From Tricharina praecox (taxonomy: Eukaryota), in the NCBI RefSeq assembly GCF_024521635.1, contig NW_026250437.1:124001-188000 (forward strand): a stretch of 64,000 nucleotides of DNA, read 5' to 3'. Both the position numbers and the translations under genes were made by a program. Under the pieces are notes generated by a model. It was not told where the DNA came from. It made no database searches and saw only the letters and a list, made by a program, of their open reading frames with translations. How positions within the stretch are numbered: position 1 is the stretch's first letter; the number at the start of each line of letters is the position of its first letter. Shown here in pieces: positions 51,911-62,003 of the stretch.

Positions 51911-52975
51911 TCACGGCAACCTCCCAGTCTTTAGCCCCTCCTCAACCCACTCCTTCAAATCCTGATCCAGCAGCCCCATCAGCACCGGATCCGTTCCCTC
52001 CTCCACCCAGCTAACATCATGCGCAAGCGCCAGATGCACTCCCATCCCCCTCAGCACCCTAAGCTTGGCCATTGTATCCTTCGCCGCCGGAATATCCACA
52101 TGCAGCGCCCCCTGGCTGCCATCGGGATTGCACCACGTGGCAATATCGTATTTCCCCTCGAGGAGGCCTCTGGGAATTGTTATTTAGCCACATTCAAGCA
52201 TTGCAAGGAAGGATAGATGAAACAGCGTACCGTGAGTGACAGCAATCACTAGCCAACAGCACCCACTCGCCGCCTTCAATCCTGACGGCGCACGCCAAGT
52301 TCCCGCCCATATGTCCCGGCGCCTGGATAACCCACATGGTGCCATCGCCCAGAAAGTCCATCGCCCTCTCGAACGGCCCAAACCTCTTCCACGGGCCCCG
52401 CAGCGCCTCCCAGCTCTCGGTGCGATGCTCCGGATGGAAGAAATTCCCGTCCCACGGAACATCCGCTAGCTCTTCTCCGGTGGCCGAGAAGTGCCCGGCG
52501 CCGCAGAACTCCGCCGTGCCTGGCCCGAAGTACCCGGTTGCCCGCGGAAACAGGGCGCGGATGGGCCGGCAATGGTCCCAGTGTGCATGGCTGAAGATCA
52601 CAGTATCCACCCCCTCTGGAGGTACTCCCGTACGCCTCTTGATCTGCTGCTCGATCGGCTCTGGTGGAGCGAAGGGGCCGAGCGGGAACATGTGTTGGCG
52701 CACCCACGGAGTGTAGTCGTCTGGATTCTTCACGGGAGTCAGTAAGGGGGCTTGGAAATGGCAGGCCAACCAAGGGACGAACGAACGGAGGTGTTGCCAA
52801 CATCCCACACGATCTGACGGCCGCTGGGATGCGAGATGTGGAAGGCCCAGTTGAACATTGTAAATGGAGTGGCTGCGGCGCCGGCGTGCAGGAAGTTGGC
52901 TGTGGCGGTGAAGCTGCCGCCCGCGAGGAGGGTGAGCTCCACGTGGCTGTCGGTTTGGGGTAGCGGTGAGGACAT
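51911..52975 (-). CDS. Metallo-beta-lactamase-fold hydrolase, AHL-lactonase-like
   Basis: WDVG, SHAHWDH (HxHxDH), DFLGDG, APGHMGGN, LASDCCH and LAHD. Introns 52728-52786 and 52170-52230. Confidence 0.9.
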
Positions 52976-53642
52976 GATCCTGTGAGGAAGGGTTATTGGA
53001 CTGTCTTCAGCAATCTGAGGGGTGGGATGGAACGTGCAATGGTACTGACGCCTCACTACACATGGCTGCGAATCTTTACAGTGATACCGAATCGATAGAG
53101 TGAACTCCTTTTCTAGCACTCCTCTGGTCCTCCAGCGGTTTGATAAGGGCATGGCCCAGCCCTCGAGGGGTATCGCTCGTACCATCCCGGCACGGCTCAT
53201 GGGCGATGCCGCAGGTGTTCTTGGTGAGTCCCAAGCAGCAGTCTCGTGGCCATCAACACATGCGTCTGACCCCGTCCGCCGTAGCTGCGACGCAACTACC
53301 CCTTGTTGAAGCGAGTAGCTCTCTCCGCAATTGCGGGTCCGGGAATTGGGATCCCGTTCTGATTTTGTGGGGCCGACGTTGCCATGTGGAGATCTCTGGC
53401 CAGGGCGCGTTTGAGGTGTAGAGTAGAGGTGGGGCGATGTGGGGTAGTTTATCGTCGGAACGTCGCACAAGCGACATGCTCGGCCACTACCAGCGTCACT
53501 TGCGCCGACATGGCAGTACGGTACGGGATACGTAGACCGCGTAATAGCCGGCTGGCAATAAGTTCTCGCAATGAAAAGATTAAAGAAAACTGTTTGTGCT
53601 CCAGAGTCAACCTATCAATTTCAATCCACCGCCGCAATCACA

Positions 53643-54775
53643 ATGGCAGAAAACTCAAACTTCTTGGATGTCAACTTCGGCTTCATCGGTATGGCTCCCC
53701 TCTCTCTATTCTCTCCACCCAACTAGCTAACATCTCAGGCCTGGGAGCAATGGGCTATCCCATGGCGATGAACATCTGCAAAAAGATGTCGCCAACCAAG
53801 GCCCTTTACATAACCGATGTGAGCCGTCCGGCAGTCGAAAAGTTTCTTGCGCAGGCGATGCAAGAGAACTGGGGAGGTCTCGTGGTGATAGTGGAGACGG
53901 CCAAGGCGGTGGCCGAAAATGCGGAGACAATCTTTACAATTGTCCCCGCAGCAAGCCATGTAAGGGATGTGTACCTCAATCCCGAAACGGGGGTGATTGC
54001 TGCAGGGAAGAGCGAGGGAAGGCTGTGTGTCGAGTGCTCCACGATCGATCTGGCGACTACGCGGGATGTCGGAGAGAAGATCATGCAGGCGGGGGTGGCG
54101 GAGTATGTTGATTCTCCTGTCTCGGTGCGTATCCTGCCCACATTGCTGTCAAGATCCAGATGCTGAGTGTCATTACAGGGCGGCGTACCAGGCGCCACAG
54201 AAGGAACCCTCTCCTTCCTCCAAGGCTGTCCGCCTGCCTCCGCTCTCTCCGCCCGTCTCACCGCGGTCTCGCTTCTCATGGCGTCCCCCGACAAAATATT
54301 CCCCTGCGGCCCGCTCGGCAGCGGGCTAGCCGCCAAGATCAGCAACAACTACCTCTGCGGCACCAACCTGCTTGCGTCCGCCGAGGCGATGAACTTCGGC
54401 ATCCGCAACGGAGTCGACAAGCACATCCTGTACAAAGTCATCCAGAACAGCACGGGACAGAACTTCATGCTTGACAAGGTGACGCCTGTGCCGGGAGTCA
54501 ATCCCGCCGCCCCGAGCAGTAGGGATTATCAGGGTGGGTTCAAGGCGCAGATGATGGTTAAGGATATGACGCTTGGCGTCGAGGTCGCTGAGGCGACGGG
54601 GGTGGTGGCGACTATGGGCAGGGCGGCGTTGGAGGTTTACAAACAGGCGGCAGTGGATCCGAGGTGTATCGTAAGTTGTTTCTCTGGAGTGGGTGGAGTT
54701 GATCTTGAAGCTAATCAGTGACGACAGGATCGTGATGTGAGTGTTATCTGGCGGTTTTTGGATGGACCGGAGTGA
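53643..54775 (+). CDS. 3-hydroxyisobutyrate dehydrogenase-like (beta-hydroxyacid dehydrogenase family)
   Basis: FGFIGLGAMGYPMA, ECSTID, DSPVSGG..GA..GTL, GLAAKISNN and GGFKAQMMVKD. Introns 53689-53738, 54125-54178 and 54671-54727. Confidence 0.92.
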
Positions 54776-55341
54776 AGATTTTGTCCCGCGAGGGTTGCCG
54801 GCAGGTTACTGGTAGAGTGATATGGCGAGAATTAAGCAAGACCTCTTCAGAACTTTTAATATCACTATGGTTCAAAATTTCTGATGCGAGTGATGTGTCG
54901 TGCCCATGTATTGGTGACCAGCAACTGTGAACTAAAGCGAACCCGTAAAGCTGAATGAAAACTTGCATGATTGACTATCTCGGTGGCTATTGTGGCAGAG
55001 CGATGGTGGAGCTGTCGGCGAGAGGAAACGGATGTAGTTAGTGTGAATGGCAAGGGCAGCCAGCGGGGAGAGAGCGAGCATGAGAGACCTTCTCTCACTT
55101 TCTCTCTCATCTACAGAATAGACGATCAACCTCTAACTCCTCTTTCTTCCGTGTGTGCTCTCCGCTCGACCCCACCACCGGCTTGGAAGGGTATTGACAG
55201 AAGAGCCCTTTGCAAAACTAGTTTCCCAGCTTCGCTGGCCTACCGTGGTCAGGACGAATTACTTCACAAGCAGACGACCACCGCAATTTATTCACGATAG
55301 TCCTCAAGTCCAAGCATCAACACCACCTCTCTAGGATGTAT

Positions 55342-56268
55342 TCACTTCTCCACTCCATACGCCTTATCCCACAACTTCATACTCTCCACTCCAATCCACC
55401 TCTGACTCTCATCTGGATAGTCCAAGACCGGTCTCATATATATCTCCTCGACCGAACATTCTCCACACAGTCCCGTCTTTGTCCCGTCGTTAATGAACAA
55501 GTCATATGCTTTCAGTATCGTGCTCATCGGGGTGGTATGTTTCTCCGGCCAGACGGCGAGCAGCTCTTTTGGCGCGAGCGAGGTTGCGACGAAGCCGGGG
55601 AGAATCGTGTTCACCGTGATGTTCTCGCCGAGCAGGTTGGGGCCCATGCTGCGGGTGAAGCCGACGAGCTGGTGGTGGTGGTGGTGTCAGTGATGCTTCA
55701 AGTGAGAACCTATAAGGGAAGGGGGGGAGCATACAGCATGCTTCGCAGCAGCGTACTGCGGCTGCTGCGCCATCGGATACAAGCCAGCAGGGGAGCTTGT
55801 GATAACGACCCTGCCGCCGCTGCCCGGGTTTCGACGGAAATAATGCACCGCCAACCACGTCCCGTACACAGGTCCGAGCAGATCCACCTCGATAGTCTGC
55901 ACATTTGGCTTCCTAGGCGTGCTCTCATCCCCCGGGACACCAGTGGGGCCAAACATCTGTTCGCGATCGGCGATGCCCGCGTTCGCGGCGTGGAAGTCGA
56001 TGCGGCCCCATTTGTCCCAGGCGGCCTTGAAGAGCGCCGCTTGGTCGTCCCACGAGGAGACGTCGGTGCGGATGAAGATTGCGGAGTCGCCGGGCAGAGT
56101 GGCTAGTGCAGATAGGCCGCCCGCTTCGTCGATGTCGGCGAGTGCGACCCGCCAGCCTTGGCTGATCAGGTGCTTGCTGATGGCCAGGCCGATGCCGGAG
56201 GCAGCGCCGGTCACCACGCCGACGCGAGCGGACGACGACGGGGAGGAGGAGGAGGGCGCAGTAGACAT
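55342..56268 (-). CDS. Classical short-chain dehydrogenase/reductase (15-PGDH-like)
   Basis: VVTGAASGIG, NAGI, TSS, YAAAKH and VNTILPG. Intron 55669-55734. Confidence 0.92.
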
Positions 56269-57504
56269 CTGCCTATGGATTTCTGTGGGGAGGCTTCGTC
56301 TGGTCGAGGTTTGACAGATACCGGTACCTATATACACGCAGCAAGTCCACCCTCTCCTCGTGAGACTACTAGTGCAACTCGGTATGCTGAACAGCCCCCC
56401 ACAGCTTCATTTTGTGGGGCACCCCGTCCTAGCTAGCCGAGGTGGGCTCGAATATTTGCCAGCAAAGGTATCATAGAATGTCCGCGGTGGAGCTAAAAAG
56501 GTACCCGGTGCCCCTCGTTGGTACCCGGTGCCCGCTGGTTATGTGTTCCATCGGTTGAGAAGTAAATTTTTTGGTTGGTTGGTATTTCAGTGACTTTGGA
56601 GTCAATCCAAGTCAGTGGCAGGTCAATCCATATTAATGACAAGTCACTAGGTGTGCACATAGCAAGTCAGTAACTTTTATGATTCAAGCGCAAAAAATTC
56701 CACTCATCTGGTCTGTGCTGTGCCCATAGACAAATTGGCCAGTATACAGTTATGAAATGCAAGCAAGCAGATCCTTAGTAAAATTATTTCAATGATAGTT
56801 GCTACAATATCTCGATTCTCGGGGTTCTCTCTTTTTCTACCTACCCCACTTTCTGTCTTGTTGCATTGTCTTCGTTGCATCGATGCCTGAAATTATTGCT
56901 GTGGCTGGTGAGGGTGTCGCGTATCATACATATCGACGAGGGCACCGTACCGGGTAGATACCTTTTTAGCTCCACCGCGGGCATTCTAGAATCTATGGTC
57001 TATAGATACCTTTGCTCGAATATTTACACTTTAGCACGGCCTGGCACTGCATTGACGAATACGCCTAGTTAGGTAGCGGGCGCGAGGCGCAACTAAACCC
57101 TGGCGATGGCCTAGGCATGGTGAGATTTCGGGCATCCGGACTTTCGGTGGTCGGCATGGCCTAGGTGCCAGCTATGTGGGGTCCTAGAAAACTACCCCAC
57201 GCGGATATCCACGATGACACAACCACCATAGGTATCTCCAGCCCAACCAAACCAAACCAAAGAGGCCGTAGGTATGCTAAAGATGATCGACGTCTGGGTG
57301 GGTGAATGAGTATTGATATCCCCAGGCTTATCCAGTAGGTATAGTAGACTGGGTATCAGCATCTATTTTGGATATAAATCTTGCCTCCGCTTTGGTTACA
57401 GTTACATACGAATTTTTATCAGCCCGCTGCCCCCTATCATCATCATCACAATTCACCACTGCCCTACCTACCTACCTACGTCCCCGCCCGCCCGCCCGCC
57501 CGAA

Positions 57505-59402
57505 ATGGCACTGCCCATCTACATCTACGCCATCCTCGTGCTCGCCGTAGCCCTTGCAGTCGAAAAACTGATCAAATCTAGAAAGCCGCTGCCGAGCGGC
57601 TATCGTCGAGTTCCTGGGCCGAAGGGCTTGCCGTTGATAGGGAATACACTGCAGATGGCGAGAAATCCCCGCCCGCAACAGCAGGTGAGGGATTGGGCAG
57701 ATCAGTACGGAGAGCTGTTTATGATCCAGATGGGGTATGAGAACTGGGTGTTTTTGAACAGGTATTTACGGATTATTTTTTGTTTTTTGGGGGTGGGTGG
57801 CATGTGCTGACGCTGAGGATGTAGTCCCGAGGCGGTCAAGGAGATCCTGGATAAGCAGTCTGCCATAACGTCGTCGCGAGTGCCGAGCCCCGTCCTTATG
57901 GACCTGGTCTCGGGCGGGATGCGGTTCTTGCTCATGCCGTACAGTGCGCCGTGGCGGAAGATGCGCGGGATCGTGCACCAGCTGCTGACGCCGCGCATGT
58001 CCGGGACGTTTGTGCCGAGTCAGGAGTTTGAGGCGAAGCAGCTCGTCTTCGATTGTCTGACGGATAATGAAACCGGCATGGACTTCTATCAGCATGTTAG
58101 GAGGTATACCACCAGTGTGGTCATGACGAGTACTTATGGAAGGAGGATTCCGAAATGGGTGAGCCGCTGTGTCTCGGCCCTCGGAGAGAATTGCGCTGAT
58201 CATGGGCAACAGGATTGCGATGATATCAAGCAGATCTATGGCGTGATGGAGGACTTCTCCAAGACCTCTGCACCAGGCTACTTCCTCGCGGACACCTTCC
58301 CGCCTCTTGCCAAGCTCCCGGTATTCATGCAAAGCTGGCGCAAAGAAGCCGCCGTATACTACGAAAGGCAGTGCAACATTTGGATGCACTACTGGTCCAC
58401 GCTCTCCTCGCAGATCGCCACTGGCGACGCCCCGGCCTGTTTCGTGAAGCAGTTCAAAGACACCGGATACGAGAAGATGAACATTAGCGAGATGCAGGGC
58501 GCATTCGTGGCCGGAACCATGATCGAGGCGGGATCGGAAACGACTTCGGCGGCACTGAATATTGCGCTGCTACATCTGGCGGCGTTCCCACAGAAAGCCA
58601 GAGCGGCCCAGGAAGAGATCGACCGTGTCGTCGGGCCCAAGAGATGTCCTTCCTTCGTCGACGAAGACCAGCTGCCGTATATCCGCGCCATCGCGAAGGA
58701 AGTACTGTGCGTACCCCCTCCCCCTCCCCCTCCCCCTCCAGATTGTCCCTGATCGCGCGGCGACTCACGCCCAACTATGCAGCCGGATGTTTCCAACTAC
58801 CACCTTTGGAATCCCGCACTACACGGATGACGACGTGAAGTACAAGGACTTCATCATCCCGAAGGGCACCGTAGTCGTCATAAACCAGCAAAAACTGCAC
58901 TATGATCCCCAGCGCTGGGAGAACCCGTTCGAGTTTCAGCCCGAGCGGTTTCTTTCCTACCCGCTGAAGGCGGGGGCGTACACTGCCATGGCGGATGCGA
59001 GTAAACGGGACCATTTCTCGTTTGGAGCTGGTACGTGCTTCCCGTTCTTCGTACGTTATCAGTACTTGACTGATTGTTCCCACAGGCCGAAGAATCTGCC
59101 CGGGCATGCATCTTGCCGAAAACTCGCTGTTCATCACGCTGGCGAGTCTGCTGTGGGCGTTCCACATTCTGCCGCCGTTGGATGAGAGCGGAAGGGAGGT
59201 CCCCGTTGATACCAGCGAGGACGCGTTTCTGCTCGGCAGCGGGATTCTGGCGAAGCCGTTCAGGCTAAGGTTGCTGCCAAGGAGTGAAGAGATTGAGGGT
59301 ACGATTAGGAGTGAGTGGGAGATGGCGAGGAAGGAGGGGTTTGTGCTCGGCGGTAATAGAGTTATGGTTGATGGCGTTTTCTGCGTAGGGTGTGTTATGT
59401 AG
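57505..59402 (+). CDS. Cytochrome P450 monooxygenase (OrdA-like appearance)
   Basis: N-terminal TM anchor, PGPKGLPLIGN, EAGSETT, EVLR, PERF and FSFGAGRRICPG. Introns 57762-57824, 58159-58212, 58707-58782 and 59031-59085. Confidence 0.95.
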
Positions 59403-59745
59403 GGAAGGAAAAGTCAATGGTACACACCTGTGAAGAGGATACTTTCGGACTGTAGAAATCTTTTTGGTCGCAGATCTGTACATGTAGATCGAAAAGCCTT
59501 CGATGGAAGATTGGATTGGATCAATTCAGACTGACTCACAGTATGTCACTCATAATTACCATTCGTTTCTAGGTGCGATGCTTGTTTCTGGAACTCTGAT
59601 AGCCCTCTCGTGAGCTTGAACGTACATATAGACTCTAAACTTGTGAATGAAAATCATTTTGAGTAAGCCGACAACCTTAATTCCCGTCCCTCATCCACAA
59701 AAGACAGCGCATCAACTCTCCGCATATACAGGATATATCAGCCCA

Positions 59746-60585
59746 CTACCCCTCGACCTCCTTCAAAAACTTCAACACCTCCTGCTGACACAGCTCCGCA
59801 CACTCCGCATAGATCTCATGCCCCTTCCCATCGACCTCGACCAACCTGGCCCCCTCAATCTGCCCCTTTAGCCACCTAGACGCCTCCAAGGGCACAGCGG
59901 CGCTCCTCGTCGGCGCCAGTATCAGCGTCGGCGTCCTAATCCCCGCCAACACCGGGCGCGCATCCAGCGCGCCCAAGAACTCCGCATAGCCCGCCAGGCC
60001 CTCAGCCTGACTCTTTGCGACCTCATCGAGCCACCAGCTCAGATACGCCGGATCCTCGCCGGCAACCGTCCCGCCCACGGCGGCCAGCGCCTGCGCCCAC
60101 CCACGACTGCCGAGCGCCCGGCACGCGCCCGGCCAGTCCTCGTAGCCGAAGGCGAACAGCTCTTGCGCGGCGGGCGGGAGGTGCGTCGGCGATGCGCAGA
60201 GAGTTAGCGACGCTACGCGCGACGGGTGCGCCGCCGCAAAGAGCATAGATACTATGCCGCTGGTGCTTTCGCCGAGGAGGTGCGCGCGGGTGACGCCCGC
60301 TTGGTCGAGGGTTTCGAGGATCTCGGATAGGATTGTCGAGACGGTGTAGGGGTAAGGCGAGTCCGGGGAGGGGAAAGAGGACCGCCCGTGACCACGGATG
60401 TCCCGTCGGATGATGCGGAAGTTCCGCGATAATGAGGGGATCCAGTGGTACCAGAATTGAGAGGTGCGCGCGAAGCCGTGCTGGATTAGGAGTGTGGGCG
60501 GCGGGGCGGCCCATGGGTCTGTGAAGTTGTCGATTTCGCAGTAGGAGGTTTGTCCGTTGGCGTGGGTGGCGGTGAAGGACGGCAT
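59746..60585 (-). CDS. Alpha/beta hydrolase, enol-lactonase (PcaD)-like, intronless
   Basis: QHGFAR, DIRGHGRS, nucleophile elbow GESTSG and C-terminal GHE. Likely start MPSFTATH at 60585. Confidence 0.88.
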   Translation of the reverse strand: MPSFTATHANGQTSYCEIDNFTDPWAAPPPTLLIQHGFARTSQFWYHWIPSLSRNFRIIRRDIRGHGRSSFPSPDSPYPYTVSTILSEILETLDQAGVTRAHLLGESTSGIVSMLFAAAHPSRVASLTLCASPTHLPPAAQELFAFGYEDWPGACRALGSRGWAQALAAVGGTVAGEDPAYLSWWLDEVAKSQAEGLAGYAEFLGALDARPVLAGIRTPTLILAPTRSAAVPLEASRWLKGQIEGARLVEVDGKGHEIYAECAELCQQEVLKFLKEVEG

Positions 60586-60814
60586 TGCGGCCGTGGGAGT
60601 AGGTAAGGTAAGGTAGGATATGGGATATGGAATGCTGGATGAGAGCAGCTGGGCAGGTTTTATATTTGCAGCGATCAATGGGCAATACCCCACTTTACTT
60701 TGATCTAGGTATTCCCGGTCTCAATCTCCAGCATGAATGGTTACCGCAAACACAAGCTTCATTTCTCGCATCTCAAACACACATCGTTACTCTACTCTAC
60801 TCTACTCTACTCCA

Positions 60815-61240
60815 TTATTCCAACTCCCCGCTCTCTTTCATCTCCCCCAACACCCTCTCCGCGACCTTCGTCCCCTCCAACCCGGCGGGCATACCACAAT
60901 AAACCGCAACCTGCAACATCACCTCCCTAACCTCCTCCATAGTGGCACCATTCACAATCGCGCCCCTAACATGCAGCGCCAACTCCGGCGACCTATTGAG
61001 CGCGCACAACATGGCAATATTCAGGAGACTCCGTGTTTTCCGCTCGAGCCCGGGCCGCGTCCACACGGCGCCCCAGCACGCTTCTGCCACCAGGTCTTGA
61101 ATGGGCTGCGAGAAACCCGTGGCAGAGGCGAGGGAGCGGTCGACGTGTGCGTCGCCGACGACCGCGCGCCGTACGGCGAGGCCCGCTGCTTGTAGCGTGG
61201 CGTGCGCGGAGGCGATTTCGGAGGGGGTGGGGGTGCTCAT
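60815..61240 (-). CDS. Carboxymuconolactone decarboxylase (CMD/AhpD-like, PcaC-like), intronless
   Basis: [46 protein letters not shown] and YCGMPAG. Confidence 0.92.
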   Translation of the reverse strand: MSTPTPSEIASAHATLQAAGLAVRRAVVGDAHVDRSLASATGFSQPIQDLVAEACWGAVWTRPGLERKTRSLLNIAMLCALNRSPELALHVRGAIVNGATMEEVREVMLQVAVYCGMPAGLEGTKVAERVLGEMKESGELE

Positions 61241-61493
61241 TGTGGCTGTAGAGAGAGGAATTAGTATTATCCACTGCGAGGATGGGGATGGGTGCACACC
61301 GATTGCAACTTTGATGAATTCTGAGAAGGATGGAGGCGCCGAGTGAGAACTTGTGTATGTACGAATTTGTGTGGTTTAATGGGTAGCGGAAGGCATGTTC
61401 GGCGGCGCTTATACACCACCGAATTATTCCCCTACCTGTTCTTCACACCGTTGTAATTAAATCTTCTCAAGCCTAACATTGACAGACAACCCC

Positions 61494-61596
61494 ACCCCGC
61501 ACATTGCGGGGTAGGGTTGGCTGGGCTGAAATTGTGGGGTACATTGATAGTCCGCCCGACATAACACTACCACACGCAGGGACCCTGCTACCCCAC
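61494..61596. promoter_or_regulatory. Cluster of GYGGGG boxes upstream of the CMD gene
   Basis: Palindrome accccgca-cat-tgcggggt (61494-61512), aattgtggggta (~61530-61541) and taccccac (61589-61596). Confidence 0.55.
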
Positions 61597-62003
61597 ACGA
61601 TCAACGGCGGAGATGGGAAGTCTAGGGTGGGAACGTAAAGCTTGACTGCAAATCCCGTTTGTTATCCGAAAAACATCCTGCTCAGCCGAGAGGGCGAAGG
61701 GGTTTGCAATAATGCAAGAGCCGGTCGTAGGCTGTAGTCGGCCTGGCAAATTTGAAGGCTATGACAAGCTGTCCGACGAAAATGCGGGTGCGATATTGCG
61801 AGGAAAGGAACCCCTATGCAGGCAGGATGCTTCGTAATCCATAGTATACATGGTATTGGTATCTAATATACAAAACAACACGTGCAGAAGACGCCCAAAC
61901 GCCATTGGCCGTCACAACTCCAGAACACAACCAAACCCCACAATCCAAGCTCCATCTAACCAAAATAGACTCCTTAGATACCAACCGCAAGCCCCCATTC
62001 AGA

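Noticed and set aside
56500..56533. Direct repeat ggtacccggtgccc x2 as a TF site
   Set aside because: Not seen in the other cluster promoters; could be a simple local duplication.
50534..61240. Canonical beta-ketoadipate or bacterial vitamin B6 degradation cluster
   Set aside because: Some folds overlap, but no ring-cleavage dioxygenase, cycloisomerase, CoA-transferase or flavin oxygenase is visible, so neither pathway can be assigned.
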